From a virus: a stretch of DNA of 64,000 nt. The first letter of the stretch is position 1. Each line of letters starts with the position of its first letter. The notes beneath the pieces are model-generated. The model saw nothing but the letters and a program-made list of their open reading frames with translations. It made no database searches and was not told the origin of the DNA. Location: positions 18,681-82,680 of the IMG/VR virus record IMGVR_UViG_3300027983_000009; one strand, 5' to 3'. The position numbers and the translations under genes are program-made. This document shows positions 18,483 through 28,135 of the stretch, one piece after another.

Positions 18483-18688
18483 GCCCAGCCCCGAGCGGCA
18501 ACACCTTGAAACTTGTAGGCTACAGCTTAGGCCACTGTTACGGCGCCGGCTACGGTTACGGCAGCGGCAACAGCTACGGCTATGGCTACGGCTATGGCAG
18601 CGGCTATGGCAGCGGATTCGGCAGCGTCTATGCCAGCGGTGACGGTTTCGGCAACGACAGGCAATCAAACAGGAGGACTCAGTGGTAG
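18479..18688 (+). CDS. Gly-rich peptide cassette 6 (divergent tail)
   Basis: GTGA overlap with the preceding stop; LKLVGYSLG shared with cassette 2. Confidence 0.65.
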   Translation: MSPAPSGNTLKLVGYSLGHCYGAGYGYGSGNSYGYGYGYGSGYGSGFGSVYASGDGFGNDRQSNRRTQW

Positions 18689-19362
18689 TAGAGCAGCACC
18701 AAGAATCAGGCAAAACCGAACCAGCGGATCTGGTAACAATCACGATCAGCCGAGTTGTGGCACGTTGGCTGGATCTACATCTCCAGCAACAATTCAAAAT
18801 GCACGGGTTCCGACCGCACGATCCGGTACCTCCAGAGGTAGCGGTGGTGGGGCAGGCTGTACAGGAGGCGATGGAGCCCACACCAGCTTTCGCAGGTTTC
18901 TCACACGGTTCAGATGTTAATGTTTCGTGGGAAGAAGCCATCGTACTTGCGGGGATGTGCCGTCGAGCTCATAAGCAAGCGGGGATAGAGCTGGAAGCCA
19001 TGCGATCAACCGACCCGGATCGGCGACTGCTGCCAGAAAGTTTACGCGACGCGCCGCTAGAAGAGCTGCGTGATCAGGTTAACCCGTGGTGCAGCAGGTG
19101 TATGTTGCTGGAGCATCTGGTCAAGGTATTCACAGACGCAGTACCAGATAGTTACACGGATCGATTCAAGAGTGCGGGTGATCACCTAACGATCACACCA
19201 CAACCCACTCTGCTGGATCCTATCATGCGAAGAATGATAGCTGCTGAGGATAGCAGGATATTAGCTTCTATTGCGGCTCCTGCCGCTGGCTCGGAGGATG
19301 TGGCCCGCAGGGAGCGGCAGAAACTACATCGCGAGCCGGATAACCTAATCTACTTCCAGTAG
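18682..19362 (+). CDS. Hypothetical protein
   Basis: AGGAGG RBS plus GTG, 226 aa. Confidence 0.7.
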   Translation: MVVEQHQESGKTEPADLVTITISRVVARWLDLHLQQQFKMHGFRPHDPVPPEVAVVGQAVQEAMEPTPAFAGFSHGSDVNVSWEEAIVLAGMCRRAHKQAGIELEAMRSTDPDRRLLPESLRDAPLEELRDQVNPWCSRCMLLEHLVKVFTDAVPDSYTDRFKSAGDHLTITPQPTLLDPIMRRMIAAEDSRILASIAAPAAGSEDVARRERQKLHREPDNLIYFQ

Positions 19363-19402
19363 TAGTTCTGCAAACAGTGGAGACTAGATAAAGGAGCTAG
19401 AA

Positions 19403-19960
19403 GTGAAGAAAAAAGGTAAGGCTGCAGTTATCCGGCAGCGGTGGTCGTGTGTCCCGCGATGGGTGACTCGACAGATATCTGGACTACGGCAGATCGGCCG
19501 AATCGACCCATACTACGAAGTCCATCGCTGCGCGGTGTCTATTCGCATGCTAGCGCAGGAGCTTGATGACAAACACGAGTTTAGTCGACTGATGGATCAT
19601 TGGGGTAGTTGCGGCGATGTGTTTTACTGTGAGCCGTACTGGACGAAGGTCGAGGTGAAACCAATCGCAGACAGGCTTTCCAGGTTGCTGTGCTGCTCGT
19701 GGAGATTCGCTAAGCCTAGATGGAATGACTCGACAATTCGTGTCGAGTTCTATAGGTCACCAGAGGATCAGCTGCCGCTCAGCGGGTTGCGGCGGCAGCA
19801 GGTTTTTGCGGATATCGTCTCCCCAGCTATCGAGGCGAAAATTAAGGCATATATGGATACACCGTACAGGAAGCATAAGCGACTCGAAGATCTAAGAGTG
19901 ATCACCACTACAAAGGTCTGGGTGCGGGTAAGGAAGATGCTTGGAGTTCCGATGTTTTGA
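19403..19960 (+). CDS. Hypothetical protein
   Basis: AAGGAG RBS, 185 aa. Confidence 0.7.
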   Translation: MKKKGKAAVIRQRWSCVPRWVTRQISGLRQIGRIDPYYEVHRCAVSIRMLAQELDDKHEFSRLMDHWGSCGDVFYCEPYWTKVEVKPIADRLSRLLCCSWRFAKPRWNDSTIRVEFYRSPEDQLPLSGLRRQQVFADIVSPAIEAKIKAYMDTPYRKHKRLEDLRVITTTKVWVRVRKMLGVPMF

Positions 19961-20022
19961 CCGGCAACCAGGTAATTGCGTCGTAGTTGGTTATGAATAA
20001 CGAACCTTTGACCCGATAGTAT

Positions 20023-20048
20023 GCCTACTTGGGGGCTTCGTAGCCAAG
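20023..20048 (+). repeat. Dispersed hairpin element, CTTGG/CCAAG stem variant
   Basis: GCC TA CTTGGG GGCTTCGTA GCCAAG. Confidence 0.75.
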
Positions 20049-20122
20049 CGGAGGCACACATGGGTAGCCTGACACTGCATACACAACGGACAAAAACACA
20101 AAAGGAAGGTTAGAGTTAGAGT

Positions 20123-20308
20123 ATGGCTATTAACTTGAAAAAGTTGGCTGAGGCGTTGAGCAATCTAAACCCGGCTGCCGCGGCAGTCCTTCGCAGAGCT
20201 ACAGCGGATGCCCCCACGACAGATGCAGCGGATGAGGAGTGCGAGGTTAAGCTTGTGCTTATCATGATGGCTATGCGGATTGCGGAGAAAGAGGGGTTGA
20301 ACCCGTGA
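20123..20308 (+). CDS. Hypothetical protein
   Basis: Short ORF coupled to the next gene. Confidence 0.55.
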   Translation: MAINLKKLAEALSNLNPAAAAVLRRATADAPTTDAADEECEVKLVLIMMAMRIAEKEGLNP

Positions 20309-20565
20309 TGGTTAACGTGCAGCCCGGGGCGGCTAATAACCACCCGGCCACCCCTGAATCCGCGTCACAGATAGTCCGGCACATGAAAGCCGGGGGTCGG
20401 TGTATGGTGCAGATGCTGCCGCGTCGTGATGCAACGATAACCTACCCCAGAGTGGTAGAGCAGGCGAGAATGGATAAAAATGGTGAGTGGTACTTTGGTG
20501 TGTCGCTCTGGGCGTTCTCGTGGTTTACGTTCCCCTCGGCGGGGTTGGTGTGGACGCTGAATTAG
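20305..20565 (+). CDS. Hypothetical protein
   Basis: GTGA overlap. Confidence 0.55.
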   Translation: MMVNVQPGAANNHPATPESASQIVRHMKAGGRCMVQMLPRRDATITYPRVVEQARMDKNGEWYFGVSLWAFSWFTFPSAGLVWTLN

Positions 20566-20807
20566 GGTAAGCCCCGGGTCGGTGACGGTACAGCATTTGT
20601 ACGGGTGCGTAGCCCGTAGTTTTCAGAACAACCGTTGCCGCTGGGGTAGCACCCAGCGCCTACCAGCTGTACCTAAACGACGCTATTGGAGTGCGAAGAG
20701 CGTCAGGTTGATGATGTGCTGTACCGTCTGACAGAGAAAATCTGGAAGAAAGTTAAAATCGAGCTCAACATCCAAGACTGAGAGCGACGTGAGGAGAAAT
20801 ATTTCAA

Positions 20808-21152
20808 ATGTCAGACACTGAGCCCGGGCAACCAAGTGTGGATCATACTAGTATGCTGAAGGACCGCAAAATGACTGAAAACCAGCCAGTCCTGGCAGCA
20901 GAGGCCCTCTCTACAGAGGCTCACATGGTTTCCATGCTGTTAAGCGTGGGCTGGGTAATACACCTGACGGACTACCCAGCATTATCCGTGAAGATGTTTA
21001 AGTGCGTAACAACAGGTAATACCACAGCAGTGGAGCAGCTGGAGGTAGAAGTGGACACAATTCTGGAGTTGCAGAGAGCGGGTAAGTTAAAGCGGCACAA
21101 ACAGTTCAAATCACAGGGTGTAACAACAACAATTTTTACTGCAGGAGAGTAG
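20808..21152 (+). CDS. Hypothetical protein
   Basis: GAGGAG RBS; alternative start at 20871. Confidence 0.6.
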   Translation: MSDTEPGQPSVDHTSMLKDRKMTENQPVLAAEALSTEAHMVSMLLSVGWVIHLTDYPALSVKMFKCVTTGNTTAVEQLEVEVDTILELQRAGKLKRHKQFKSQGVTTTIFTAGE

Positions 21153-21153
21153 A

Positions 21154-22161
21154 GTGTTTACAACAGACAGCAGGACGGAAAACTTCCTGACGCAGATGGG
21201 TGTGCAATACTCGTATCGCAACGGATTGCGATTCCCGGAGGAGTTTGCACCGGGTTGGGATCAGGAGAACCTGGGAAGACCGGTGGCCGTCCGTGAGGAC
21301 GCTGTGTTGGAGTATGCGGCGCTGATGGAGGGAGGCTCAGCCGCCCCAGCCACGATACTATGTGCGACACGTGATGGTTTTCGTGTGTTGGATGGGGTCC
21401 AGCGTCTATCTGCAGAGCTTCTGCAGGAGACTACCAGGATTTCTGCCTACGTTGTGGAGACGGACTCGGAGGACTCACTTGCGGCAATCCGGGTGCTGGC
21501 GAATGCGAGAATGCAGGGCCGTGCAGAGCCGGCTGAGTGGACTCGTCGACGAGCTGTCGAGGTGTTGGTAATCGCCAGAAAAATGAGTTACGCAGAGGTC
21601 GCCAAGATGGGCGGCTGGAAGACAGCAGACGTGAAGAGGATAGCGGAGGCTATCGAGCTCCAGAGCTGGATTCGAGATGTTGGAGGACCGGCGGATCTCC
21701 CAGATTTGCTGCTGGCGGAGCTGCGACCACACCTTGAGACTGGTAACCTCCTGGAGAAGGCAACACTGCCAATAACAGCCTTCCTGCAGACTATCCGGAA
21801 GGCGAAGCTGTCTGTTCAGGACGCTGTACCATTTATTGACGAGTTCTTTGCCCCGCTACCGAAGGGGTCGAACCCGTATCAGGTGTACTCGAGCAGGCTT
21901 GATGATGTCCACAAAGAGACAGAGATCTCAACCAGGCTAACCGGCCGGCAGAGAATGGAGATACCCAAAGACGTTGTCTTGTTAAGGGCGCTGAAAACTG
22001 TCGAGACAGTTGTTGACAGCATCCTGACGCACGGCGAGCCGGTACCAAACGTGGACGAGTTTTTCCACATACTGAACAGGGTCACAAAAAAGCTGAAGGT
22101 GTTCTCTACGAACAAGAAAAATCAGAAGGGGCAGCCAGCAGTAGACAGGACGAGCAGATGA
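21154..22161 (+). CDS. ParB/Srx-like N-terminal domain protein with HTH
   Basis: V..YA..M..G…P..L…FRVLDGVQRLSA; MSYAEVAKMGG HTH-like segment. Confidence 0.65.
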   Translation: MFTTDSRTENFLTQMGVQYSYRNGLRFPEEFAPGWDQENLGRPVAVREDAVLEYAALMEGGSAAPATILCATRDGFRVLDGVQRLSAELLQETTRISAYVVETDSEDSLAAIRVLANARMQGRAEPAEWTRRRAVEVLVIARKMSYAEVAKMGGWKTADVKRIAEAIELQSWIRDVGGPADLPDLLLAELRPHLETGNLLEKATLPITAFLQTIRKAKLSVQDAVPFIDEFFAPLPKGSNPYQVYSSRLDDVHKETEISTRLTGRQRMEIPKDVVLLRALKTVETVVDSILTHGEPVPNVDEFFHILNRVTKKLKVFSTNKKNQKGQPAVDRTSR

Positions 22162-22892
22162 TTTCGCAGATAAAGCGGAGGTTTGAGGATTTATCCTCAT
22201 ACCTCAACAAGGACACAGAGGGTCTGAAAAGATTGAAGGCGCTTAAAGACGATGTGAATGTGTTGCGGAAGGCGTTAGCCGTCGCGGAAGATAGCACCAG
22301 ACGAGCAGAGGAGACCAAGAATGCTGCCAGGGCGAGGGCCGACAGTGCAGAGGCGGCTAACTACGCAGCACAGCTGGAGAGTATGCAGCTGCTGGTCAGG
22401 GTTGATGCTTTAACCAGAGAAGTGGCATCGCTAACACCTGCAGAGGTCATCGAGGAGGGTGATCACGCAGAGTCAGCTGGTGGTGATATGCAGGAACACG
22501 TTGTTAGGGCCGTATTGAAAAAACTCAGGAAGGAAGTACGCTGCTGCCCTAAAGCTATAATGCGGGAAAAAGAAACCGGCCGTACAAGATCGGCCGCTTC
22601 AACAACTCGTGCTGATACCTATGTGCGAGAGGAGTTTGCGACAGGTTGGTCGCATAAAGACCTGTGGACGCTAGGTGCAGCAGTTGCAGTTATCGCAAGC
22701 ATGAACGGTGGTGTGACAATTGTGACGGATAAACTGTTCAAGCAGATGGCTGTTAAAGGAGACGAGGGGCCAGTGGAGCGACATATGTGGCAATGGTTCG
22801 CCCCGAAAAACGTTGAACAGTTCTCTGCTGCTTCTTCTAAGCTGTATGAGGCGGCGGATTCAGGACAACATCCAAGTCACGACTATATTTAG
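22158..22892 (+). CDS. Coiled-coil hypothetical protein, paralog A
   Basis: N-terminal ~40 aa nearly identical to the next ORF. Confidence 0.75.
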   Translation: MISQIKRRFEDLSSYLNKDTEGLKRLKALKDDVNVLRKALAVAEDSTRRAEETKNAARARADSAEAANYAAQLESMQLLVRVDALTREVASLTPAEVIEEGDHAESAGGDMQEHVVRAVLKKLRKEVRCCPKAIMREKETGRTRSAASTTRADTYVREEFATGWSHKDLWTLGAAVAVIASMNGGVTIVTDKLFKQMAVKGDEGPVERHMWQWFAPKNVEQFSAASSKLYEAADSGQHPSHDYI

Positions 22893-22901
22893 GGGCGCAC
22901 G

Positions 22902-23690
22902 ATGATTTCGCAGATAAAGCGGAGGTTTGAGGAGCTCTCGGAATACCTGAACAACGATACCGCGGGGCAGAAGAGACTGAAGGCCCTTAAAGACGATGTG
23001 AATGTGTTGCGGAAGGCGATGGCTGCAGCGGTGGAGGACACAAAGCGAGCAGAGGAGATCAAGCACACAACCAGAGTGCGGGCCGATTCGGCCGAGCTGC
23101 AAGTTGAGAAGGCCGAGCAGGTCGCCACACAATTGAAGGATCAGGTTGCCAGTCTTCGTCGCGAGGTGACAGAGCTTGAGCGAAAGCTGCGACCAGATTT
23201 GGTGACTGCTGAAAGCATACCGGGCGATAAATCGCACAGACTGCGCGAGGCTATTTTGGAGGCGCTGTTGCACCTCCGTAAAACCAACCCTATTTGTCCT
23301 ACCTATATAGCGACAGTAAGTGCGACAGGGTTTTCACCTGGGTATAACGGGAAGGTGAGGACCGTCGCTGAGGTTTATGATCTCGACGAGTTTGAGAATG
23401 ACTGGTCACCGGCCAGTCTTTGTCGACTAGGTACAGCGATGGCGCTGATAGTTCAAATGACAGGAGAGGTTACGTTTATTGGCGATGCATCTTTAGCCAG
23501 GAAGGACTATTTAGGGGGTCATGTTAGTAAAGTCCTGGAGATAGGGTTGCACAGCTGGTTTTCTGCAAATCTCGATCAGATGGTTGCTGAGGATCAGCAA
23601 GAGGTAGTCGCACACAGGGAGCTGATGCGAGGTCCATCTACCAAGAAGCAGTTCAACAGAGCAAAAAAAGAAGAAAAGGGGACTACATGA
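22902..23690 (+). CDS. Coiled-coil hypothetical protein, paralog B
   Basis: MISQIKRRFE.LS.YLN.DT.G.KRLKALKDDVNVLRKA. Confidence 0.75.
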   Translation: MISQIKRRFEELSEYLNNDTAGQKRLKALKDDVNVLRKAMAAAVEDTKRAEEIKHTTRVRADSAELQVEKAEQVATQLKDQVASLRREVTELERKLRPDLVTAESIPGDKSHRLREAILEALLHLRKTNPICPTYIATVSATGFSPGYNGKVRTVAEVYDLDEFENDWSPASLCRLGTAMALIVQMTGEVTFIGDASLARKDYLGGHVSKVLEIGLHSWFSANLDQMVAEDQQEVVAHRELMRGPSTKKQFNRAKKEEKGTT

Positions 23691-23974
23691 AGATCTGCGA
23701 TAACTGTAGGCTGGAGAAAAACATACTTATCCTACTAGACAGCGAGTTTGGCGGCGGAGGTGTGGAGCTGTGTGTGCACTGCCACGACAAGCTGGCGAAG
23801 CAGGTCGAGAAGATAAATAGCCGATTGGCAGCAATTCGGGACAGGGCTCGGCAGCGGGCCTTCAAAGAGTTAATGAGTGAGAACCCTCTACCTATCCGGG
23901 TTCAGCGAGCCCGGTGGGCTATCACAGCGTTACTGTTGACTCTGTTTAGCTCCTCCACAAAGGGCGAACCGTGA
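23687..23974 (+). CDS. Zinc-finger hypothetical protein
   Basis: CDNC…LCVHC; ATGA overlap. Confidence 0.65.
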   Translation: MKICDNCRLEKNILILLDSEFGGGGVELCVHCHDKLAKQVEKINSRLAAIRDRARQRAFKELMSENPLPIRVQRARWAITALLLTLFSSSTKGEP

Positions 23975-24261
23975 GCACAGGGAAGCAGATGTGTGATCGC
24001 GAGCAAACGCCACTTTACTCGATAGGTACGTGGGATACGCACAGACAGGCCTTCACGCCGCATCGGGGGCTGTCTGTGCCGTCTTTCAACATTACTATCC
24101 TCCAGTTGAGGGTAGCTATGCGGGAGCTGCAAGAGACGGGCTATAGGTGCCACAGGTACCGAGGCCTAAACGGCGGAGAGGAGGACAATGACACGAGTGT
24201 GCTCATTGAAAGAACAGACGGGCAACCCTGGCGGGATATCCGTCGGGGTTGGAACAGATAA
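23971..24261 (+). CDS. Hypothetical protein
   Basis: GTGA overlap, 96 aa. Confidence 0.6.
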   Translation: MSTGKQMCDREQTPLYSIGTWDTHRQAFTPHRGLSVPSFNITILQLRVAMRELQETGYRCHRYRGLNGGEEDNDTSVLIERTDGQPWRDIRRGWNR

Positions 24262-24292
24262 CGAGCACCTAACACGCGAAGGGTTGAGAATT

Positions 24293-24739
24293 ATGATGCT
24301 TGAAGAGGGTAAATACTACAAGAGCAGAGATGGGTATATAGTAGGCCCGGTAAGGCTAAGACTGCCGGTCGAGCGATATACTACTTTCCCATTCACGAGC
24401 CAGCTCGGAATAACGTACACGAATAACGGGGTGGTTTATCGCACGCACGAGACAGGCGACGATTTGGTAAGCACGTGGGACCCTGTTGTGGCTCTAGCAG
24501 CACAGGCAGCACCGGTAGCACCGGTAGCACCCGTTTCAGACAGTTGTGCGATCACGGGCATACCGTGGGTAGACTGGTTTAATCTGCAGAGCGATACCGA
24601 TAGGCGGGTGATTGCGATAGAAGCACTTGCGGAGCTGCTCAGCCAGGCCACAATACTTGTCCGCACAGTTGGGGATACTGATGAAGTGGAATCTCTGTGT
24701 TGGGACAGCGGCGGAGAGAGTTTGAGTATACCCCTCTAG
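24293..24739 (+). CDS. Hypothetical phage protein (LEEGKYYKSRDG..VGP…DLV domain)
   Basis: Typical small phage domain at the N-terminus. Confidence 0.65.
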   Translation: MMLEEGKYYKSRDGYIVGPVRLRLPVERYTTFPFTSQLGITYTNNGVVYRTHETGDDLVSTWDPVVALAAQAAPVAPVAPVSDSCAITGIPWVDWFNLQSDTDRRVIAIEALAELLSQATILVRTVGDTDEVESLCWDSGGESLSIPL

Positions 24740-24761
24740 AGTGGTGAGTATGTTTGGTTAT

Positions 24762-24862
24762 TCTGCAGAAATGAAGCCGCTGCAGAGGCATGCCTACCAC
24801 TGTACGCTGAACTTGAGGCAGGTCAACTTCACAGGTAAAAAATTGTGTAACAGCACCACGGA
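24762..24862 (-). promoter_or_regulatory. Antisense promoter+hairpin mini-cassette, copy 1
   Basis: Minus strand: TTGACC-N16-TACAGT, then GCC TC TGCAGC GGCTTCATT TCTGCAG. Confidence 0.65.
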
Positions 24863-24896
24863 ATTACGAGATAACGAGAAACAGAGGGGACTAGAC

Positions 24897-25211
24897 ATGC
24901 AGATTTTTGGATCAAAACTCTGGCGGTTCTTTGGCGGAGAGAGGATTGAGGATGGGTTCAGACAGCTGTCCGACAGCATTATCAGTAACCGCAAGTTGAT
25001 TTCAGAACTGCGCACAGAGATCCTGTTGTTGCAGCGGAGAGTGTGGGCATTAGAATCGCACACTATTGAGGAGTCCGTGGCAGAGTGCGAGAAGAAGCTT
25101 GCGTCGTTTGAGGCGAGTGTAATAGCGTGGGCACCGATAGCACCAGATGAGCCGGACGCGCCGGATGTGGCAGTTGAGCCGGACGCGCCGGATGTGGCAG
25201 TTGAGCCGTGA
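24897..25211 (+). CDS. Hypothetical coiled-coil protein with a duplicated EPDAPDVAV tail
   Basis: GAGGGG RBS; 27-nt tandem duplication near the 3' end. Confidence 0.65.
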   Translation: MQIFGSKLWRFFGGERIEDGFRQLSDSIISNRKLISELRTEILLLQRRVWALESHTIEESVAECEKKLASFEASVIAWAPIAPDEPDAPDVAVEPDAPDVAVEP

Positions 25212-25259
25212 CAGTTTCCTCACACCAGCAACTCAAGGAGTGCCGCCATCAAAAATCTA

Positions 25260-25781
25260 GTGTTAATGTTCACTTTGTTTGATCCTGCGAAGCACATGTT
25301 CTCCGTACTGAGGTTGGAGAAAGAGCTGGCCCCGTATCCGCTACCGCAACACGAGATTCTGGCTATGCACAGGTGTTCCAACATAATGCATATGGTGATC
25401 GAGGCGGATCATGGGGTGATCGGTCACTATGCGTTGCTATTCGCCAAGAAGAAGCAACCAGAGCTGTTACTGATTGCGATCACAGCCGAGTACCAGCGAA
25501 GGGGTATTGGGGCGGCTGTGTTGCACAGGATCGTGCTGCGTACTCTTCTGGGTAGGCAGAAGGGGGAGGACCTGATTGTCCGTGTGGCTGAGATCAACAC
25601 ACCTGCGCAACTCTTTTTCAGTAAGTGTGGGCTAAAGTGTGTGAGCATGGTCCCAGAATACTATCCCAGCGGTGAGACAGCCTACAGTTTCAGGGGGGAC
25701 GCGTTGGGTATTGTGGGCAACACGGTAGATAGGCTGCCGGAAGGCTACCCCAAGGAGCGAAGCAGCCGGGTGTCTGGCTGA
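25260..25781 (+). CDS. GNAT (RimI-like) N-acetyltransferase
   Basis: IAITAEYQRRGIG, VAEINTPAQLFF.K.G, YY.SGE.AY. Confidence 0.85.
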   Translation: MLMFTLFDPAKHMFSVLRLEKELAPYPLPQHEILAMHRCSNIMHMVIEADHGVIGHYALLFAKKKQPELLLIAITAEYQRRGIGAAVLHRIVLRTLLGRQKGEDLIVRVAEINTPAQLFFSKCGLKCVSMVPEYYPSGETAYSFRGDALGIVGNTVDRLPEGYPKERSSRVSG

Positions 25782-25825
25782 GGCAGGATCCAAAAACAGA
25801 AAGTAGACAAAGTGGGGCAAGAACA

Positions 25826-26290
25826 GTGCGGATTGGCAGAAGGGTTACAGGGCTGCCCTGTTTGAGTGTGCTCTCAATTCCTGTGAAGCAGGTAGTTGCA
25901 CCGAAAGAAACTGAGCAGCCAGCGGAGAGCTTAGCGACGGCCAGTGAAGACTGGGCTGAACTAACCGACCCGTTGCACCTTCTGCGGGTAGATGTAGACT
26001 GGGTGCTCGAACCTACCGACACGGGCGAGCGACCAGAGCCGTGGGTAGTGGTTACATCGGTGTTGGAGGGTTATTGCCTAGGCAACATGCGAAAAGACCT
26101 CAAGTTCCGGTGCCTGCATAAAGACTTACCATTACCACTTCGAAAAATTGTGCTAACCAAGTGGCTCGTAGAGCACCCGGACTTGCGGTATACCGTGCAG
26201 TTTAGCACCTGCAGGCCAACCCCTAGACGACATTACATCCGTATTACAGCAATCGGTACAGAGACAGTGGAGATACCACAATCAAAGTAA
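25826..26290 (+). CDS. Hypothetical protein
   Basis: 154-aa ORF in the co-oriented run. Confidence 0.5.
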   Translation: MRIGRRVTGLPCLSVLSIPVKQVVAPKETEQPAESLATASEDWAELTDPLHLLRVDVDWVLEPTDTGERPEPWVVVTSVLEGYCLGNMRKDLKFRCLHKDLPLPLRKIVLTKWLVEHPDLRYTVQFSTCRPTPRRHYIRITAIGTETVEIPQSK

Positions 26291-26347
26291 GGACCTGCAT
26301 TGTGTAGGTACCTGCAGTAAACAATTAATTCGCAGAGAGGCAGAGAG

Positions 26348-26597
26348 ATGACTCGTGAGACTATGAGACTGCAGCTGACAGCTGCAGCACTTGAGCGGCT
26401 AATAGGCGAGGATGTAGAGCTCGAGCTGGAGCTCAAAAATTGACCGGAAGGTGCGAGACGCTGTAGCACTAGCTACCCGTGCGATGGTAGACACAGCTGT
26501 TGCCGCAGCGGTCAAAGTAGCAGTAGAAGAAGCGCAGAAGTCGATGCCTCCGATCCAGCTGAAACTGGTTCAAGAAAACACCGTAACTACAAGCTAA
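26348..26597 (+). pseudogene. Frameshifted small gene (break at an A5 run near 26435-26439)
   Basis: MTRETMRLQL…LELKN* continues in another frame as IDRKVRDAVALATRAM…TTS*. Confidence 0.45.
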
Positions 26598-26619
26598 CAG
26601 AAACAGTGGAGATACCCCT

Positions 26620-27027
26620 ATGATTGATGAGGCGGCACCAGATACACCCTATGTCAGAGCAATCCAGAAAAGGTTGGAGTTGCTCCAGCATATGCTAGGC
26701 GCCACCAGCCAGAAGAGACCAGCAACGTGGGGTGAGAGAAATTACTTCTGTGCCGAGATAGGCAGCGAAGACCACACTGTGCTGGTCAGTATGGTTGAAG
26801 AGGATCTCGTGCAGGCTGGCGGCACTATCAACGAGGGTACCGACCAGTATTTTTTCGCCACCAGGGCGGGGGCGCAAGCCATAGGGATGAGCAAAGCTGC
26901 TATCGGCAGAATGATCGATCGGCAGAGGGCGAGGACTAAGGCCCGGCAGGACGCTGCCGCTGTTGCAGCCGCTGTCGCTGCAGCTGCTGAGGGTAGTGTA
27001 GAGCCCACTGAGGGCGACGCTGTGTAA
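26620..27027 (+). CDS. Hypothetical phage protein (H.LG…RNYFC…F.AT..G)
   Basis: GGAG RBS, 135 aa. Confidence 0.7.
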   Translation: MIDEAAPDTPYVRAIQKRLELLQHMLGATSQKRPATWGERNYFCAEIGSEDHTVLVSMVEEDLVQAGGTINEGTDQYFFATRAGAQAIGMSKAAIGRMIDRQRARTKARQDAAAVAAAVAAAAEGSVEPTEGDAV

Positions 27028-27057
27028 CTCAGATACTTATTTTTCGCGGGAGCAGAG

Positions 27058-27357
27058 ATGCCAATTTACAGGGTTATAGTACGCACGATGTTCGAGATTG
27101 ATGCAGAGTCAGAACACGCAGCTAGAGTGCAGGCGTTTGAGGCTGCCGATAACTGTCTGGAGGAGACCCACGACACATTCCAACGATGTCGAAAGCGTGA
27201 CCAGTTGTACGGACGCATCCACAGCGCCAATGACGGCAATCGTACGCTGTGCGGATTACCGATGGACGAGCGGTGGTGGATCCTGACCACAGACGGCAAA
27301 CACGCTCCAGAGTGTGACCAGTGTGCCGTATACGGACTAACAGAGAGCAGCAAATAG
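27058..27357 (+). CDS. Hypothetical zinc-binding protein
   Basis: H…TLCG…CDQC. Confidence 0.65.
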   Translation: MPIYRVIVRTMFEIDAESEHAARVQAFEAADNCLEETHDTFQRCRKRDQLYGRIHSANDGNRTLCGLPMDERWWILTTDGKHAPECDQCAVYGLTESSK

Positions 27358-27363
27358 GAGACG

Positions 27364-27756
27364 ATGATGTTCAAAGTAATGATCAACCCGAAGCCGGAAG
27401 AGCAAGGCACCGGCATCACCAGTGTGCGAAGGTGGGAAGACCCGGAGGTACTGGACAGCCTGCGTAAACTGTTCGACATGACCAGCAACGAAGTTCTGCT
27501 ACAGCTGGAGATCAGCAAGGCAGGCATCGTAGGGAGGTTTGGTCGCACCGCGGTTACGCCCAAACAGAAAGACAGCTGGATCTACACCAGCGAAAAGATG
27601 CCCCAACCGGGCGAGCGTGTGCTGGGTATGACTGAAGATGGTATGTGGGCTGTGGTAATATGGACGACCAAGTACGTACCTATGCTGTACGTGCCGTCTG
27701 TTGACACTACCACGCAGTGTAAACCAGTCGTGAAATGGAAACGCGTAACACTATAG
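27364..27756 (+). CDS. Protein with a C-terminal DUF551-like domain
   Basis: WIYTSEKMPQPGERVL…VVKW; AGGAG RBS. Confidence 0.65.
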   Translation: MMFKVMINPKPEEQGTGITSVRRWEDPEVLDSLRKLFDMTSNEVLLQLEISKAGIVGRFGRTAVTPKQKDSWIYTSEKMPQPGERVLGMTEDGMWAVVIWTTKYVPMLYVPSVDTTTQCKPVVKWKRVTL

Positions 27757-27814
27757 TGTCCGCGTTGTGACTCTGGTTATTAGTAACAGACACTACAACT
27801 GAAAGAGAGTATAC

Positions 27815-28135
27815 ATGACCACAGAATTGCCGAAGTACGTTTGTCACAAAGAGGTGCGAGCGCTAAAGATCGCAAGAGTGGCGAAGCACGCTCACTCAGA
27901 CCCTAACGTAGATGACGCGACGTTTGAGGCGTCATCTGTATTCCAGGGGGCGCACCTGATGCCGGAGCGAAAGGACTTCCTGCCGGTCCCGGTCGACCCA
28001 GCGTGGTATCGGAAACACAAACCGTCAGGTGAGGGCTACTACGTTGTGTACGCTGACGGTTACACGTCGTGGTCACCGGTTGAGGCGTTTGAGCAGGGTT
28101 ACGTATTGGCAGATGAGCCGAAGACAGGAGAATGA
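27815..28135 (+). CDS. Conserved small phage protein (Y..HK.V.ALKI…GYYVVY.DGY.SWSP..AFE.GY)
   Basis: Recognisable widespread phage family motif. Confidence 0.8.
   Translation: MTTELPKYVCHKEVRALKIARVAKHAHSDPNVDDATFEASSVFQGAHLMPERKDFLPVPVDPAWYRKHKPSGEGYYVVYADGYTSWSPVEAFEQGYVLADEPKTGE

Noticed and set aside
16445-18941. Ala/Thr-rich, Arg-rich and Cys/Arg-rich ORFs overlapping the Gly cassettes
   Set aside because: Shadow frames of the GGCNNC periodicity; only the Gly frame has consistent RBS, start and stop.
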